From: Diadema antillarum
Taxonomy: Eukaryota
NCBI RefSeq assembly: GCF_040938485.1
Contig: NW_027270976.1
Span: forward strand, 1,302,001-1,366,000
Length of the DNA stretch: 64,000 nucleotides
Direction: 5' to 3'
The notes beneath the pieces were generated by a model. That model searched no databases, was not told the DNA's origin, and saw only the letters and a list, made by a program, of their open reading frames with translations. Both the position numbers and the translations under genes were made by a program. This document shows positions 26,879 through 40,533 of this stretch, in pieces. Position 1 is the stretch's first letter. Every line of letters begins with the position of its first letter.

Positions 26879-26995
26879 GCCTTTTCTCCAGATATGCGAT
26901 ATGTGGTGTCCATTGGAGAACAGCATGACATGGTTGTCAATGTGTGGGACTGGAAGAAAAACACCAAACACTCATCTGGAAAGGTTGCCTCCAAG
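26879..26995 (+). CDS. WDR62/MAPKBP1: Exon 5 (phase 0-0): [39 protein letters not shown]
   Basis: Acceptor gcctccag, donor AAG|gtaatt; matches [27 protein letters not shown]. Confidence 0.97.
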
Positions 26996-29900
26996 GTAAT
27001 TACAGGATCTTCATTTTCTTCCTCTTCTTCTGTTTGTTTTGCCTTCGTCTGCCTTTTTGTCGTAAGGGACTGGTAGGTTTGATATAGTATGAAGGCAAAG
27101 ATCCAATGATCCATGCCAAAGTTTGTCCAAGGCTGTCATGAATTAATCGCAAGTAAAGCAGTGTAATGACTAAATAAATAAAATCTGGCTGCGAACCATC
27201 ACATGATTTAGAGACACAAAATCTGATAGAGATTTTGTGACTATATTTTCATGTAAATGCAATAACCACAAATTTTATCATGAGCAATGCAGTAAAAAGC
27301 AGTCAGTGTTGCAGCATGTATCATGAATAAATCTCCTATATTGACTAGTCTGGCATATATATCCCCACATTTACACGTGTAACTTGATGCACAGGTGTGA
27401 CCTGCCTTGACTTACCTCGAGCAAATAGCCAAAATTTGAATAACAAATCATGTAGAAAATGCTCATATCTTTTCTAGTTGGTGTAACACACAGCAACATC
27501 AGCTATATGCTTGTTGTTTTTATATCTTAAACAGAGTGGCGATATACTAGATTGTCGGATTTGTATCCAAACTGTACCATGGCTGATGTATCCCTTTAAA
27601 TATCTGTACATTCTCAGTATTTGGGTGACTGTAAATAGGTTGTTTTTTACACTTGTTGGATGACAAGTGGTGCATATCAGGAAACCACTATCAGTTATTT
27701 GTGTTGTTGAATGCATTGCTGTGAGAATAATCAGTCTATCACACACACTGCAGTCTGACCCCTCAGAAAGTGCTTCACACTGGGCATGGCTGCAGGGTGA
27801 TGGGCAAATAAAGGGAATGAACATGTTTTGATGAAACACAAATGATTAGCATACTAGTAGCATTTTTGAGAATGTTTGAGTAATCCAGGCATTTACTGTG
27901 TATTTAAATTACCAACCAAACCTTTCACAGTGTTTCATTCTTGTTATTGGGTTTGTTTGTTTTCTTTGCATCCTAACTTGTGACAATCACAGATTAATTA
28001 CATTAATTTCAAAATTAGCTGTTACCACAGCTAATTGCATTGTGTATTCATTTGATTGTATCAAGGCATTAGAATATATGTCATACATGTTGTACCTGTA
28101 TGTACATTGAACCATCAGTATATGATCAAAAACCCTCCAAGTTTTTGTCAGATTCAGAAAGTATGATATGTCATGTGAATGTATCTGAGTGAGCTTGATA
28201 ATGTGTTGGATGTAAACGTAGAAGTGAACAATATTAAAGTATTTCTGTAATAGCAAGTTTATGTTGATAACCAACATGCAACAACTATTTGTGTGATTAC
28301 TACAGGCAGTAGTGTTAATGCCCTTTCCCCCTAGCTTCTCAGATCATCAGGCGGTCAGATTAAGCCAGGCGCATTAATTTATCATTGCAATCTCATTGGG
28401 AGAAGAGTCCTATCACAGTCAAGCTATTCAGGTATATTTGCCTTGAAGTAATTGTTGATTCAGCCTTGACCAAGGCTAGATAGCTGAATAGCATTTTACT
28501 GTGCTAGTGTTATAGCCAATCTGTCATTGGGTCACAATCCACTGAATACTTGGCCACAGACATGTAAACTGGAGGCCTTGAGAACTGACCAAGGCAGCTT
28601 CCCTTTTAACATGCTAGATACACCGTAGCTTCACTTGATGACTTCACTTGATGACTTCTATCCATTATCAATTCTGAATATAACTTCTTCATATTGGATG
28701 AATGGTACATTAATTAATGTCAGATGTGAGATCAACATTTCATTGGACTGATTTCAAGGATGCAGTTGATAGACAACTTCAGAATCCAGTTACTGTCAGA
28801 ATCAAACTCTAGTTTTTGTAGCCTTCAATCACAACTAGGATAAGCATGGCTTCACCAAAACATTAAAAAAATTAAATTCTGTTTCACAATCATTTCCTCT
28901 GTCATTTTTATAATTTGCAAGCTTGGGTTTGAGTGTTACAGATGTACTTTCATGAAGATGTCGTAAATTATTACAAGTAAAATTTACATGAGTCTAATAC
29001 TGCTAAAAACTTCAGTGTGAATGGGATGTGTGCCCTCGTTTGCTGAGCGGCTAGATAATTGCATGGTCCTTCGAGTGTGTTATAATCTGCACCGTCACAC
29101 ACAACTGCATTTACTGAGAAGTTACCCAGACTGAGAAATACCCTTATCAATAGCCAGGATTATCTTAATGGACAATACTCTTGATATAATACTGATCTAA
29201 CCAACCATCTGAAAGTTGTTTACCAGTTCTTGAGAGGTGATATGCCAGCCATGGAATCAAGGAGAAGTGATATGCCTTGAATCTGTGTGTATGTTAGCGG
29301 TAATCAGATTATTGTCAAGGAATTCATTAACAGACAAACTGACTTGAATGTCAGTTCTAAGCCTACAAAACTTGAGCAGAAATCTTTTAATGGTACAGTT
29401 CATTTTTATTTGAAAAAAAAAATCATATCATTTACTATGCCCTCATTTTGCATTTCAGAAATCTTTCACTGTAGGAATGAAAAGTCATGATTCTTGTTAT
29501 TTCTTCTTATATTTTTATAGGTATTTAAAGGTATAGTCAATTCACTTGAAGAATAGATAATGCCAATAAGAATGGACAACCCCAAATGAATGAAGCTAAC
29601 TGGAATATTATTATTTGTACCGTACATCTTTAGTTCATCACATCTAAGATAAGCTGTTTTCCATTGATGACAAATTATGCAGCAATCCTAAATTGTGCTA
29701 GATGCTTTTAATTTCATTTTTTTTTGAAGCATTTAATGATCAATGAATAGACGAGAATTCATAGACTACTCAATCTTTCAGATTAATATACTCCTACTTA
29801 TGACACAATAATTTTACTACCACTGCTGAACTTGGCCTTTAAAAGAAGCTGTCCTAATAAGATGCTGTGACTGAGATGAAGACTAATTATTTGAGTGACT

Positions 29901-32900
29901 TTCCCCATGCCAGTCAAGTCTGTGATTACAGCTCCAGTCCTCTGGGGTCTGTGCCCAACTCTTGAAGGTCAATGTACTTCTTGCAGCCATCTCCATGGAT
30001 GTTTGTTAGCTGTCCTACCTACCCAGGCAGGTCAGTCAGTAAACCTCATAGCTGAGTATTTGCACAGACCAGCTCCCAGAGGCACTGTATCAAATAGAGA
30101 CCAACACATGGAAAACTTCTTGCCCAATGTCTTGTCCGGGATTGCAAGCTATCACTCAAGGCTTAGGGAGATATGGACACAGGCTAATGGCATTCTGATA
30201 TCAGAGATGTGACAGCTTTCAGCTGACCATGTGTGATATATGTTTATGTATGCAGGGTAGAATGATGTGTATAACAGCCTGTATATGGAATTACACACTC
30301 ATCCTCATGCATTTTACACAAAGTAAGCCAATTTCATTCCTTCAGATACAGAATTTTGGAAAAGGATTACATCGTGATACACTGGATTTTTTCCCCTGTA
30401 TCATGTGCTACATGATGCACATTAAATAATGAATCATAACTTTTGAAATATTTGAAGATAAGATCAGCATACTGTAGAAATGAGCTCCTTGTGAAATGAT
30501 GTTGCTCTCAAACTGCATCTGTTTACCGTATTCACAGTGTATAGACCTAATGCTTAAACCATGCTCTGTCAGCGTATCATAGCCATAACCACCTCAATTA
30601 TTATATTTTGGATGAATACCAAGATTTTTCACCAAAAACCCTCAGAGTACAAACTAACAAATCCATATCCTTGGTGAGAGGAGTGGTTTGTGTTTTTGTT
30701 TTTCTCTCAAGCTTTTTAATCTTTGTTTCCATTGTTCTGTTCAAGTAGGCAGCTACTGTTACTCGGTCAAAGGGTGGCCTGTGTTATGAAATTCTGCATT
30801 CAATGCCCTTGTCAGGAAAGTTAAATCAGTGCTAGCTAGCTGACTCAAAGAAGCATGAAATCCTGTTTTGTCATTTTTTCCCCAATCTATCGACATCTTT
30901 TTTAGGAGTCATGCACTGGTAGAAGGATAAATTGACTCACATTTACCTTTTAATACAATCAAAACCACAACAGCAACAACTTCGGCATATTCTAGCTACA
31001 TCATACAAAATGTGGTAGGATACTCCAAATGAGATGAGTTTTGATTTCAGACAGTTTCTCAGCCTCCCAGGAATATGTAAGAGGAATGTGTTGCACAAAA
31101 GAGAGGCTCACTTGATAACAATGTCAGTACTGGTGTTACCAAGGAGCTTGTACCAAGGAGCTTCAAGCTCCTTGGTGTTACACATTGCCAGTCGTCATTA
31201 CATAAACCCAATTGCAGGCTTCAGGCTTTCCATGTAGTCATGGCTTCATAGAGAGAGACCAAAAGATAAGCTGCCATTTGATGAATTTCCTCACTCTCAC
31301 TGTGTCCCCTGCAGGCAAAGTTTACATGTTCAGACAGTGGTCCTGGATGATAACAAGGGGCCAGTGTACTTCGGTCAGATAGTAATTGTCCAAAAACAAA
31401 GATTGAGAATAGAACAGAGGTTTTATCAAAATTTGGATTGTGTTTAGAAGCGCCATGAATCTGAAGGTTTACGGTAGGGCATGGGTTCAAGTCTCTAATG
31501 GGAGGGGAGGGGACGAAATATTGGAAGAATTTACGGTTGTTTAATTTTGTGATTCGAAACTTCTGTTTGAAAAAAAAAGAAAGAAAAGAACTGAGCACTA
31601 TAGGAGAGTGAAACCTTGCCAAATAAATTACCACAGAATTGCTTGTCACGAAAGTATGCCATTACAGCAAAGACTGGGTTGGCTCTTTAAAACAAGCTGT
31701 TGAAGTCTTTAAAACCTTGCTTGGGAAAGAGACATATTAGCTCTCTGTTGGTTGGCAAACCCTTTTCTTATAAATGCTATCTAAAGGTCTTCAAGCCTTT
31801 CAGGACTCTTTCATAGAGCAAGGCAGTACAACAGAAGCTTTGTAACGGAGATTAGCATCGTTAAACTACCTTGAACATTTTCTGTGGCATAATACTGGGG
31901 TCTATTTTGACAGACCATGCACTGTTGAGCAGGACTACATGCTTGTCAACACGGCTTGGCGTGTATAATGACAGTTGTAGCTTCAGCTGCTTAATATACA
32001 CATGTACTGTGTCTTCATTATACCTCCAGTACTGGCAATAGTTTGTCAGCCAATCTTCTGTGGAAACAGTCTGACAGTCTGAATTGTATTTTTGGCAACC
32101 TAGTTTGGGGGGGGGGGGGGGGGAGGGGAATTGGAAAACTCAGTATGGTAATGATACCATTTAACAAAGTTTAGACAAGAAAGTTATCAATGAATACCAG
32201 TATTGCTTTGTTAGCAGTTTTTCCAAGGCTTCCATGCACATGGAACACATTGAATGTTTCTGGAGTGAGGAATAAAAAAAATGCTGACAGAATGTGATGA
32301 TTGTAAATTATTCTGACAGGCATCATACAGGAAGTGAATTCTTCCTGCCTCCAATGTCTCTATGATGTTATCTTTCAACAGGCCACTTCCGTCCATAATA
32401 TTTTAGATGAGTAAAGATGTTGTGAATTGTCAACTCCTATGCTAAAATCTATAATCTGATAGTTTTGACTCTTATGCTACATTAATCATCATCCCTTGCA
32501 TAATTGGGGTTTGTTTTGAAAATGGATATATAATACAAAATGTACATTATATATTATGTGCACATGGATTCATGAATTAGCCAGTCTACAAATACGTTCA
32601 AATTAAAGGATATTTTTTCTTGTGAGGACATAGCAAAAACCTTTCCCATCCATCTGTACAGACATTTATAGCTAATGCATTTTAATGCTGGTAATGGCGT
32701 ACATTAAGTTGTTGCTACATTGGGCAAGCCTCATGCAAGCTCTATGGTCATCAGAGCAATATCTGTTTTAAGAATGTATGCAAGGGTGGTCTTAGCAGGA
32801 TCAGGAAAGCTAGTTTATCGTATGAAAGGAATTTGCCCTAAAAGTTAAGCTTCTGAAAATGTCTTTATCTCATTTCAGTTCAATTCAGTGTTAATTTAGC

Positions 32901-33201
32901 AATGATAATCATTTGGAAATACAATATAAAGTTGTTGATAGTGTAACAGGTGCAATTCAGTAAAAGCCATAGGCTTGATAGAATGGAATGAAATTGAACA
33001 GAAATCAAATCATAAACATGATATTGCAAATATACTAGTTGTATGCTGGATATTGTACATGCTCAGTCACTTGCTGAAGTGATCCTTTTTTTTATGCTTG
33101 TATTTTAAAACTATATATTTGTTTCTTTTTGTTCTTTTTGCCTGAAATCAAATATCTTCTATTTAGCTCACTTTAGATAAGAGTACATTACAGGAAAGTG
33201 A

Positions 33202-33412
33202 TACTGTAAAATGAGGAATTTTCGCGTGCATTTTAATTTCGCGAATTTCGCGAGCGCCAAAATTCGCGAAATTAAAATGCACGCGAAAGTTTTTTTCTAC
33301 ACTACATGCATTGAATGCCAGTGGCAATTCGCGAAAATTTCATGCCACGAAAAAGGCTGTCGGCTCCAATTCGCGAAAATTTCATGCCGCGAATATATCA
33401 TGTTTTACAGTA
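33202..33412. mobile_element. Tc1/pogo-like MITE (TA|CTGTA...TACAG|TA), TTCGCG-rich
   Basis: tactgtaaaa...ttttacagta termini, TA TSD, repeated ttcgcgaa motifs. A degenerate copy lies at about 12917-13046. Confidence 0.8.
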
Positions 33413-34606
33413 ATTGCCAAGTTGTGCAAATGCATTTATCCCCCCCCCCCCCCCCCGATGAATTATCGTTTCAGCTGGCAAGTAGGTCCCATTGGTTTGT
33501 CTCGTCTTAGAGGTGTAAAAATAAATTTTACTAAAAATTACTTATGTTGGTACATTTGTTTTTGCTAATTGCCAACTTTGGGTCAATAAGATAATAATTT
33601 TCATGGACTAAAAGACACAGTTTATAATTATGCTACTCTGAAAGAAGTCACAATATATGAAAATAATGGGTGTGCACCTTTAAAACTGGTCTGTTTGTAA
33701 TCACAGGAAAGGAAGGCCTGTTGGAGATACCAGCAGCCTCTGTCTGTAGTATGCCAGGGCCTACGTTTATGCCTGTCCATTTTTAGATGTTGAACCTGTT
33801 TTCATACCCTGTGTATGCTATGGACTCAAAGAAAGTACAAACTTGCATTTCTCATCACCCACGCCTAGTCTCATTTGCCCATGTGTGTGTCTAGACGAGC
33901 CTTTAGACAGCTAGGGCTGTCCCATACCAGGAGCTCCAGCTGGACGTGATTAGGATACTGTGTATTATAATTGTCTTCCTCCCTAAACCTCAAGGTCTGA
34001 TGCAAGGCTAATGGCCCATGACCAAGGCCAAATGAGTGGACAATCCATGTCGAGGTGCCTATGAGATTATCTACATATAAAATTCATGTAAAATTCATGA
34101 AATACCTACTGCTCACTACAGTAATAGAGTGAAAAAAAGAAAGCAAAGTCCAGCCTGCACATTGTGTATAATGAGCTTTCTGAGGTACTCTGCTTTATGT
34201 GATTTAAAATTCTTCTCTTTGTACCATGCAGTTTATTGGTGCTCGGAGATATCAAAAATGATTTCAGTTGTACACAATGTAAGCCTTGAAGTCAGACTAC
34301 CATGGAGAAATAATGCATGCCTTTCCCGAAGCTGTGCATCAGACTGTGTAGACATACAAACCTGGGAATGGAAATCCTAGCCTTTGCAAATAGCAGGAGC
34401 AGCCATGATACCATCTAGGCACATAATATTTTATATGTATCACACAGTGAGTAATTCATTCCTTATGCATAATGCTGTCTACCCGTTTTATGCATGAAAT
34501 ATGCTTTCCCCTGCCCCATTTTTCAGTTTTCTTTCTTTTTCAATACATACCTTTTTTTTTTCATATAAATACAATTATATAGGCCTATACTTTGAATATT
34601 AAAGAG

Positions 34607-35011
34607 TACTGTAAAACCAGAAACAAATATTTGCATAAAGCTTTTGCAAATTCTAGCCAATGGCCATTTTTGCGGCATGAAACTTTTGTGACTTGTAGAC
34701 CATGATAAAATTATGAGTATACTTCATGTACTAGTATTATTTACATGGATTTTTTAAGCACACACTGCTGGTTAATATAAAACGCAGAATAAAATGGAAT
34801 GTGTACTACTAAATGTGAAGTTAGAAATAAAGCCCAAAAAAAGTATTCGCACTACTTCTATGTGTACTAATATGAGTACTTGTGTGGTGTAGCAGCATTG
34901 CTCTGCATTCAGTGCACTGTGTAGACAAAACCTTTCGCATACATCTCACTTTCACAAATCTTGACATCTCGTGAAAGTTTCATTCACATGAAAATTTCTG
35001 GTTTCACAGTA
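34607..35011. mobile_element. Tc1/pogo-like MITE (CTGTA family)
   Basis: TIR tactgtaaaaccagaaa / tttctggtttcacagta with TA TSD. Confidence 0.7.
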
Positions 35012-36829
35012 CATTGTAACATCCTATAGAAGCTTTTTTTTAAATCATGATTACATGTATTTTCTCTTTGTTTGAGATAGGGAGAAGAAGCATAGATCAT
35101 TTGGTCACACATACCTACTAAAGAATTTGAGAAGACAAAAGATATCCCAGTGCAGAGAGATTATTAAGGAGCGTGTGGAAAGCAGCTACATGTACATAGA
35201 GGCATCCATAACTACATTATTTCTAGTTTCACTTTTTATCCAACAAATGTTTTATTCCACCTGTGGGAGAAGATTGCATGAATTGAAACTTCATATTTAT
35301 TTATATTTATATGTGTACCTCTCTTCTCAGTTAATTGTATGGGTATTTTAGTTTTAACAGATCATTCAGTAAGGGATAGAAGTATAAAGAGCCATATATA
35401 TTTAATGACAGCATTGTGTACAGTGGTTATACATCAGTTGCAATGTCAAAGCCATCTTTCTGTGACTTTTAATATTGATATAGGGAAGGGTAGCCATGTT
35501 CCTGCATTGTCAGTGAACATTGGATGTGAATAGCATTGTAATAACCATAAAAGTGGCTTTGTTCCCTACTTGTAATTAAGATAAGAGGTGTCAAATTAAA
35601 TGATAATACAATTGTTCGTATCAATTGCTGAGTTCTGTTTTGAGTTGACATTAAACCGGGAGTTAACACTGTAGACTGCTCATGTAGGGATTATATTTTT
35701 ATCAAGTACTTTCTAGAATCATGATCAGGAATTTTGTGATCTCAAAAAGATACTAAGGGTTACATGAGGTTGTCTTGTAAGGGTTTGATTCTGTGGAATC
35801 TATAAACAGGAAATGTCCCTGATCAGCAAGTATTTGTCTGATCTTGAAATTATATTTTGTAAAACTAAACAAATGATATTCAGATTAATTTTTTTTTTTT
35901 GTTGCGTCAAGCTGTTTTTGTTGCAACTTATTGACAAGGTGCCCTTCATAGATGTAAATAAGCACCCATTTTTTTCAGTATTTAAGTAGGAGCCATAATA
36001 AAAAATCATGGGCATACATACTCAATTTGGGCATGGACCAATGACCCCCTGATTGTTAGACAGACCATGAGACGTCATATTCAAATGTCAATTAGTCAGT
36101 CAGTTACAATGAAGACAACTCAATGCAAGGATCATGAATTCATTTGAATAACTTATGCTGTACCCGCTGCTATAAGGGATCAAAATCATCACTCGCTACA
36201 GGGCAGAAGGCAGTTTTAGGAATGAATTATTATGATGCCTTTTTAGCAATCAGGAAGTAGTTGGTTCTTTGTTCCTACTAAAATACAACATATGTGTAAT
36301 TGGTGTTTATTTACATTGATGAAGAGCAATTTGTCAATCAGTTACAATAATCAAATGATATCCATAGGCTGTGGCTCCTCACAGCTAGGCAAAAAAAAAA
36401 ATATGTCAAAGCTTTTGAAGTTGTATGATTTGTGTCATCTTTTAGTCAACTAAACACATAAGAAGGAAGTGAAAAGTCAAACAGTGATATGTACATGCAA
36501 ACTGTGATTACATCAAGTGACAATCTGCATGTTCCTAAAATTCCTGAATAACATCAAACATGCACCCTCATTGTTTCGTGACATACTACATGCAAAATGA
36601 GGTCAACTTGTTTTTTTTTTCTTTAGTAGTAGTAGGTTATTTCTTATATAGCACTATATGTAGTTACAAACAGCTCAGAGCACTTGCAGCTCTCTACAGA
36701 ATGATGATATTAAGCAAAAAATATATATTTCTAACAAACCTAACTAGGGAAAAAAAGAAATAAAAAAAAAACTCCTATATAACATATTGTATTGAATAGA
36801 AAATAGAAGAGGTACAGGTAAATAATAAA

Positions 36830-36885
36830 AACAATGCAATACAATGCAATGCGATGTAATGCAATGCAATGCAATACAATACAAT
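36830..36885. repeat. (CAATG/CAATA)n pentanucleotide repeat
   Basis: caatgcaatacaatgcaatgcgatgtaatgcaatgcaatgcaatacaatacaat. Confidence 0.85.
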
Positions 36886-39492
36886 AACAATAAGGATGAA
36901 GAAGAAATTATGTTATTTTAAAAAAAATGAGTATGATTGAGTGATCTTTTGCATGCAAACTTTTATTTTTCACAAACTATTAGTATCATTTCTCGTGATG
37001 GTGGTTATCAAAGATGAGGGAATACGGCGGGAGAAATTCATTCCAGTAAAGATATAAGAGGGAAGGATCAAGAGATTTGTGCTCAGACAAAGTTCCTCTC
37101 TAAGGTTCCGTGAATGGATGTTCTTGATAATGAGGTGTTGTCTCACCCTTCAGATTGAAAAGTCCTCAATAGGATAATGATCTCAAGAGATGTAATCGTT
37201 GCTATGGTTACTCACAACCCTTTCCCCATCAAGACAACCAATCAGTGTGGCATCTAAAAATGGAATGGATAGAATAGATTGGAATGCTTTTGAAGCTGTT
37301 GGACAATTCGTGACATTTGCATTTTTGTGATATGATCCAAACTTATCAAGTCCATCAGCTGGAACATAAGCTTTTCCTATTGATATCAGGGATGGCATTT
37401 GAATTGTTGCAGCTGGTAGTAGGTATTCAGTGCTCTTAAAACCTTGAGTATAAACATGCGAAGTTACAAAGTGACTTCTCTTTTTTTCTTTTTGGTCTTT
37501 GTCTGCTTTTGAAGAGCAAATTTGATTGTTTTTAGGTATGGAAATTATCCCACATAGACTCCTGCAGGAAGTACAGTGTATAAAGATAGAGTTCAGTGCA
37601 CTGTCACTTGCCAGCCTCTTTGGGGTCAGCAAGGAGAATTACTCTCCTACTCTGATTATATGTCACTGTGTAGTATATATCAGTTTCTCTCACAGCAGAA
37701 TTTGTCATTTTTATCCATTTAATTCGGAAGCATTATTATATATGTCTGTGTGTGTTCTTATATCGAGTTCTCAATTGAAGTGGCCTGTTTCTACAGGTTA
37801 TTTCAGTGTTCTCAAGCTTCCATGGTAGGAAAATGCTCTGTGTGATCATCTTACACTACCAGTGAGTTTTATATGGGGAAATAGAAGCATTCAATTTTTT
37901 TTTTCTATTATTTTGACATCTGTAGACATCTTCTAGTCACCCTAAAATGCTAATTTCTTGCTTATCTTGGGTCACTAATTTATGACTGGGAATTCACAAG
38001 CTGTGACTAGGGACTCTAAGTAAGATAAGTTTGCCACTGAGCTATTACTTATGGCCACCAGTAGTCTTTCTTTATTTACTGACTGTCAAATCTAGGTACT
38101 TGTACCATGATTCCATGCAAATAAAGGCTTTTCAATTCGAAATTATTCTTTGGATTTTTTTTTTTGTTTCGTTTTGTTTGGTTGGTGGTGTATGTGTTTG
38201 TTGTTGTTTTTTTGAGGAGGGGGTGGGGGCTGTCTAGAAAATAACACTCTTAATCATAATTAGTTCAATTTTGAACAAAAAAAAGTATGTTTTCCAGTAA
38301 AGCTCATAGACAACTTATGACTTATGGACATTGCATATTTCTCTCCTTATACAAGTGTACAACAACTAGATCATAACAAAACAGCATAGTCAAAACCGTC
38401 AGCTTATAGCAAAATTTAGTGGTGTGCCCAAGTTCCCGAGGGAAAACACTTTGTTTATGATCAATATCCCCTCACTTAAAATATAACTCTTTGACCTACA
38501 AAGGAGGCGAGAGTTGTCCCTCCCAAGTTTCGAATCATGGGATCAATTTTGCTTGCAGATACAATCTCTGTCTCATTGCCTGAGGCCTATGGCTCCCTCA
38601 ATCTCCTGTCTTTGGGATAACCTTATCTGTCTTCTGCAGCTTCCTTAGAACTTCTTTAGGTCTTGAAATCTGTCAATAGAGGTATCTTCTTGGCAGGAGA
38701 AAACTAGATTTTTTTACCAGAAGTATCAAGTGAAATTTGTATTGCATATAAAATCATGATGAATTAAATGAAATAAATTATATTCCACACATTTTACAAC
38801 TCAATACAAGATAGTTTGGGATGCATTTCATCATGAATGATGTGAAATCGTTTGCTATCCAAACGCATTGAGTACATGTCAGTGCATGTATGTCTGTCAT
38901 TCTGTATGTCCATCAGTCAGTCTTCCCTTCATCTGGCTCACAGATTGTAAGAACTTTTCTCAGTTGGCATAGACCATGCTGTGTTGTCCAGTGTTCTGTG
39001 GATATTGAGTGACATGTGACTGCTGTAAGAGGCATGTACTATGAGGTCCAGGGTCACACTTGGCAAGCATGGACCTGGAGCTGTCTGAACAAGACTCAAA
39101 TGGAAACACCTATTTCTCGTTCTGGCACTGTGGTTTTTGATTGCCACATCAACCACTGGCGATAGTGTTAATTTACATTGGCTGTATAAAATGACATACC
39201 CTTAGCACCTGTATTTGATCAATTAAATCTAATTTACCTGTTGCATTGATTCGTACCCAGAGTTTCCACCTGTCATAAATAATCTGACTTTGCAAGTCAT
39301 CAGACTACCTGAATCTTGTCAGTATTTTGAATTTTGAAAATTTGTCTTTCATCTGTTTTTTTTTTTTTTTTTCAGCCAATTCAACCTTCAGAATCAATGT
39401 GAATGTGCCATTAGTTTTCTTGTTTTCTGGGAGGAATATTCTTAATAAGTATATTTTCTTTCTCCTTTTCATCATCATCTATGTGCCCACAG

Positions 39493-39585
39493 ATAACTGG
39501 ACTTTCCTTCTCTGAAGATGGAAGCTCCTTTGTTGCTGTTGGCAACAGGTGTGTCAAGTTCTGGTATCTTGCAGCCAAGAGCAAA
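39493..39585 (+). CDS. WDR62/MAPKBP1: Exon 6 (phase 0-0): ITGLSFSEDGSSFVAVGNRCVKFWYLAAKSK
   Basis: Acceptor gcccacag, donor AAA|gtaagt; matches [26 protein letters not shown]. Confidence 0.96.
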
Positions 39586-39734
39586 GTAAGTTTTGTGTGG
39601 TAAAATATATTAATGCCATAATTGAAATGTTAAGGGGAATATGTATACCTTCTTTCTATGAATTTAGGCAGATGATATCTTCTGAAAAGGGACAAAAAAT
39701 GTTTAATGCATTCAGAGCTATGATGATATTCATG

Positions 39735-39898
39735 NNNNNNNNNNNNNNNNNNNNNNNNNNNNNNNNNNNNNNNNNNNNNNNNNNNNNNNNNNNNNNNNNN
39801 NNNNNNNNNNNNNNNNNNNNNNNNNNNNNNNNNNNNNNNNNNNNNNNNNNNNNNNNNNNNNNNNNNNNNNNNNNNNNNNNNNNNNNNNNNNNNNNNNN
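39735..39898. other. Assembly gap (164 N) in intron 6
   Basis: N run. Exons 6 and 7 join in phase and colinearly with homologues, so no coding exon needs to be hidden in it. Confidence 0.99.
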
Positions 39899-40137
39899 AG
39901 ATGTACAATGCATGCACATACTGTAAGTGCTGATTACTAGTATTTCATTTTGCATAATTTCACCTTTGTATTCTTTTTTACATAACTCTTAAATGACTGT
40001 CATTAAAAGTTGTTAATTCCTTACCAGATCTAGACAATACTCTGCATGTGTACTTATAACTTACATTATACCTCCTGATAACTTCTGTGTGGGAAAAACA
40101 AAAATTGATATAGATGTTTGTTCCTTTGCCTGTTCAG

Positions 40138-40320
40138 ACAAGACAGATCCATGCCCTTAGCGGTAGATCAGGTATCCTAGGAGAACAGAGGAACAACTTC
40201 TTCTGCAGCATAGCGCATGGACGAGGAGAGAACAGAGACAAGGTGTACGTCATCACCAAGTCTGGCTTCCTCTGTGAAATCAACAGCAAGAGACTCCTAG
40301 ACAAATGGGTGGAAGTCAGA
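40138..40320 (+). CDS. WDR62/MAPKBP1: Exon 7 (phase 0-0): TRQIHALSGRSGILGEQRNNFFCS...ITKSGFLCEINSKRLLDKWVEVR
   Basis: Acceptor cctgttcag, donor AGA|gtgagt; contains the family motifs GRSG.LGE.RNN and RLLDKWVE. Confidence 0.97.
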
Positions 40321-40533
40321 GTGAGTGCGTAGAGAAGAATATGGATATTGTTTATTACTGAAGAAAAAAGGAAAGCGAACAAATGATGTCAGTAAATATT
40401 ACTGAAAAAAAGAAAGTGAACCGATAATATCAGAAAATGATTTGAATACAGTGAAGAAGTACTATAATCTTTATCATTTGCAGTGGTCGCGTTAATTTAT
40501 AATTTGTCTTTTCCAAACACATGGGCTGTTAAA

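Noticed and set aside
31425-31500. tRNA-like stretch with B-box-like GGGTTCAAGTC (possible tRNA or tRNA-derived SINE head)
   Set aside because: No convincing A-box or cloverleaf by eye and no second copy in the window; at best a highly decayed SINE.
31660-31900. Possible second L2-like 3' fragment on the + strand (LGWL...AVEVFKTLLG)
   Set aside because: Too degenerate, with multiple stops and frameshifts, to call without a profile search.
38938-39272. Minus-strand 32-nt exon-like segment (tgacag|...CAG|gtaaat) that could splice in frame to the 38938-39156 ORF
   Set aside because: The implied intron is under 60 nt, far shorter than any host intron here, and the peptide has no recognisable homology.
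39549-39955. ORFs of 95-125 aa around 39.6-39.9 kb
   Set aside because: They are open only because they run through the N gap.
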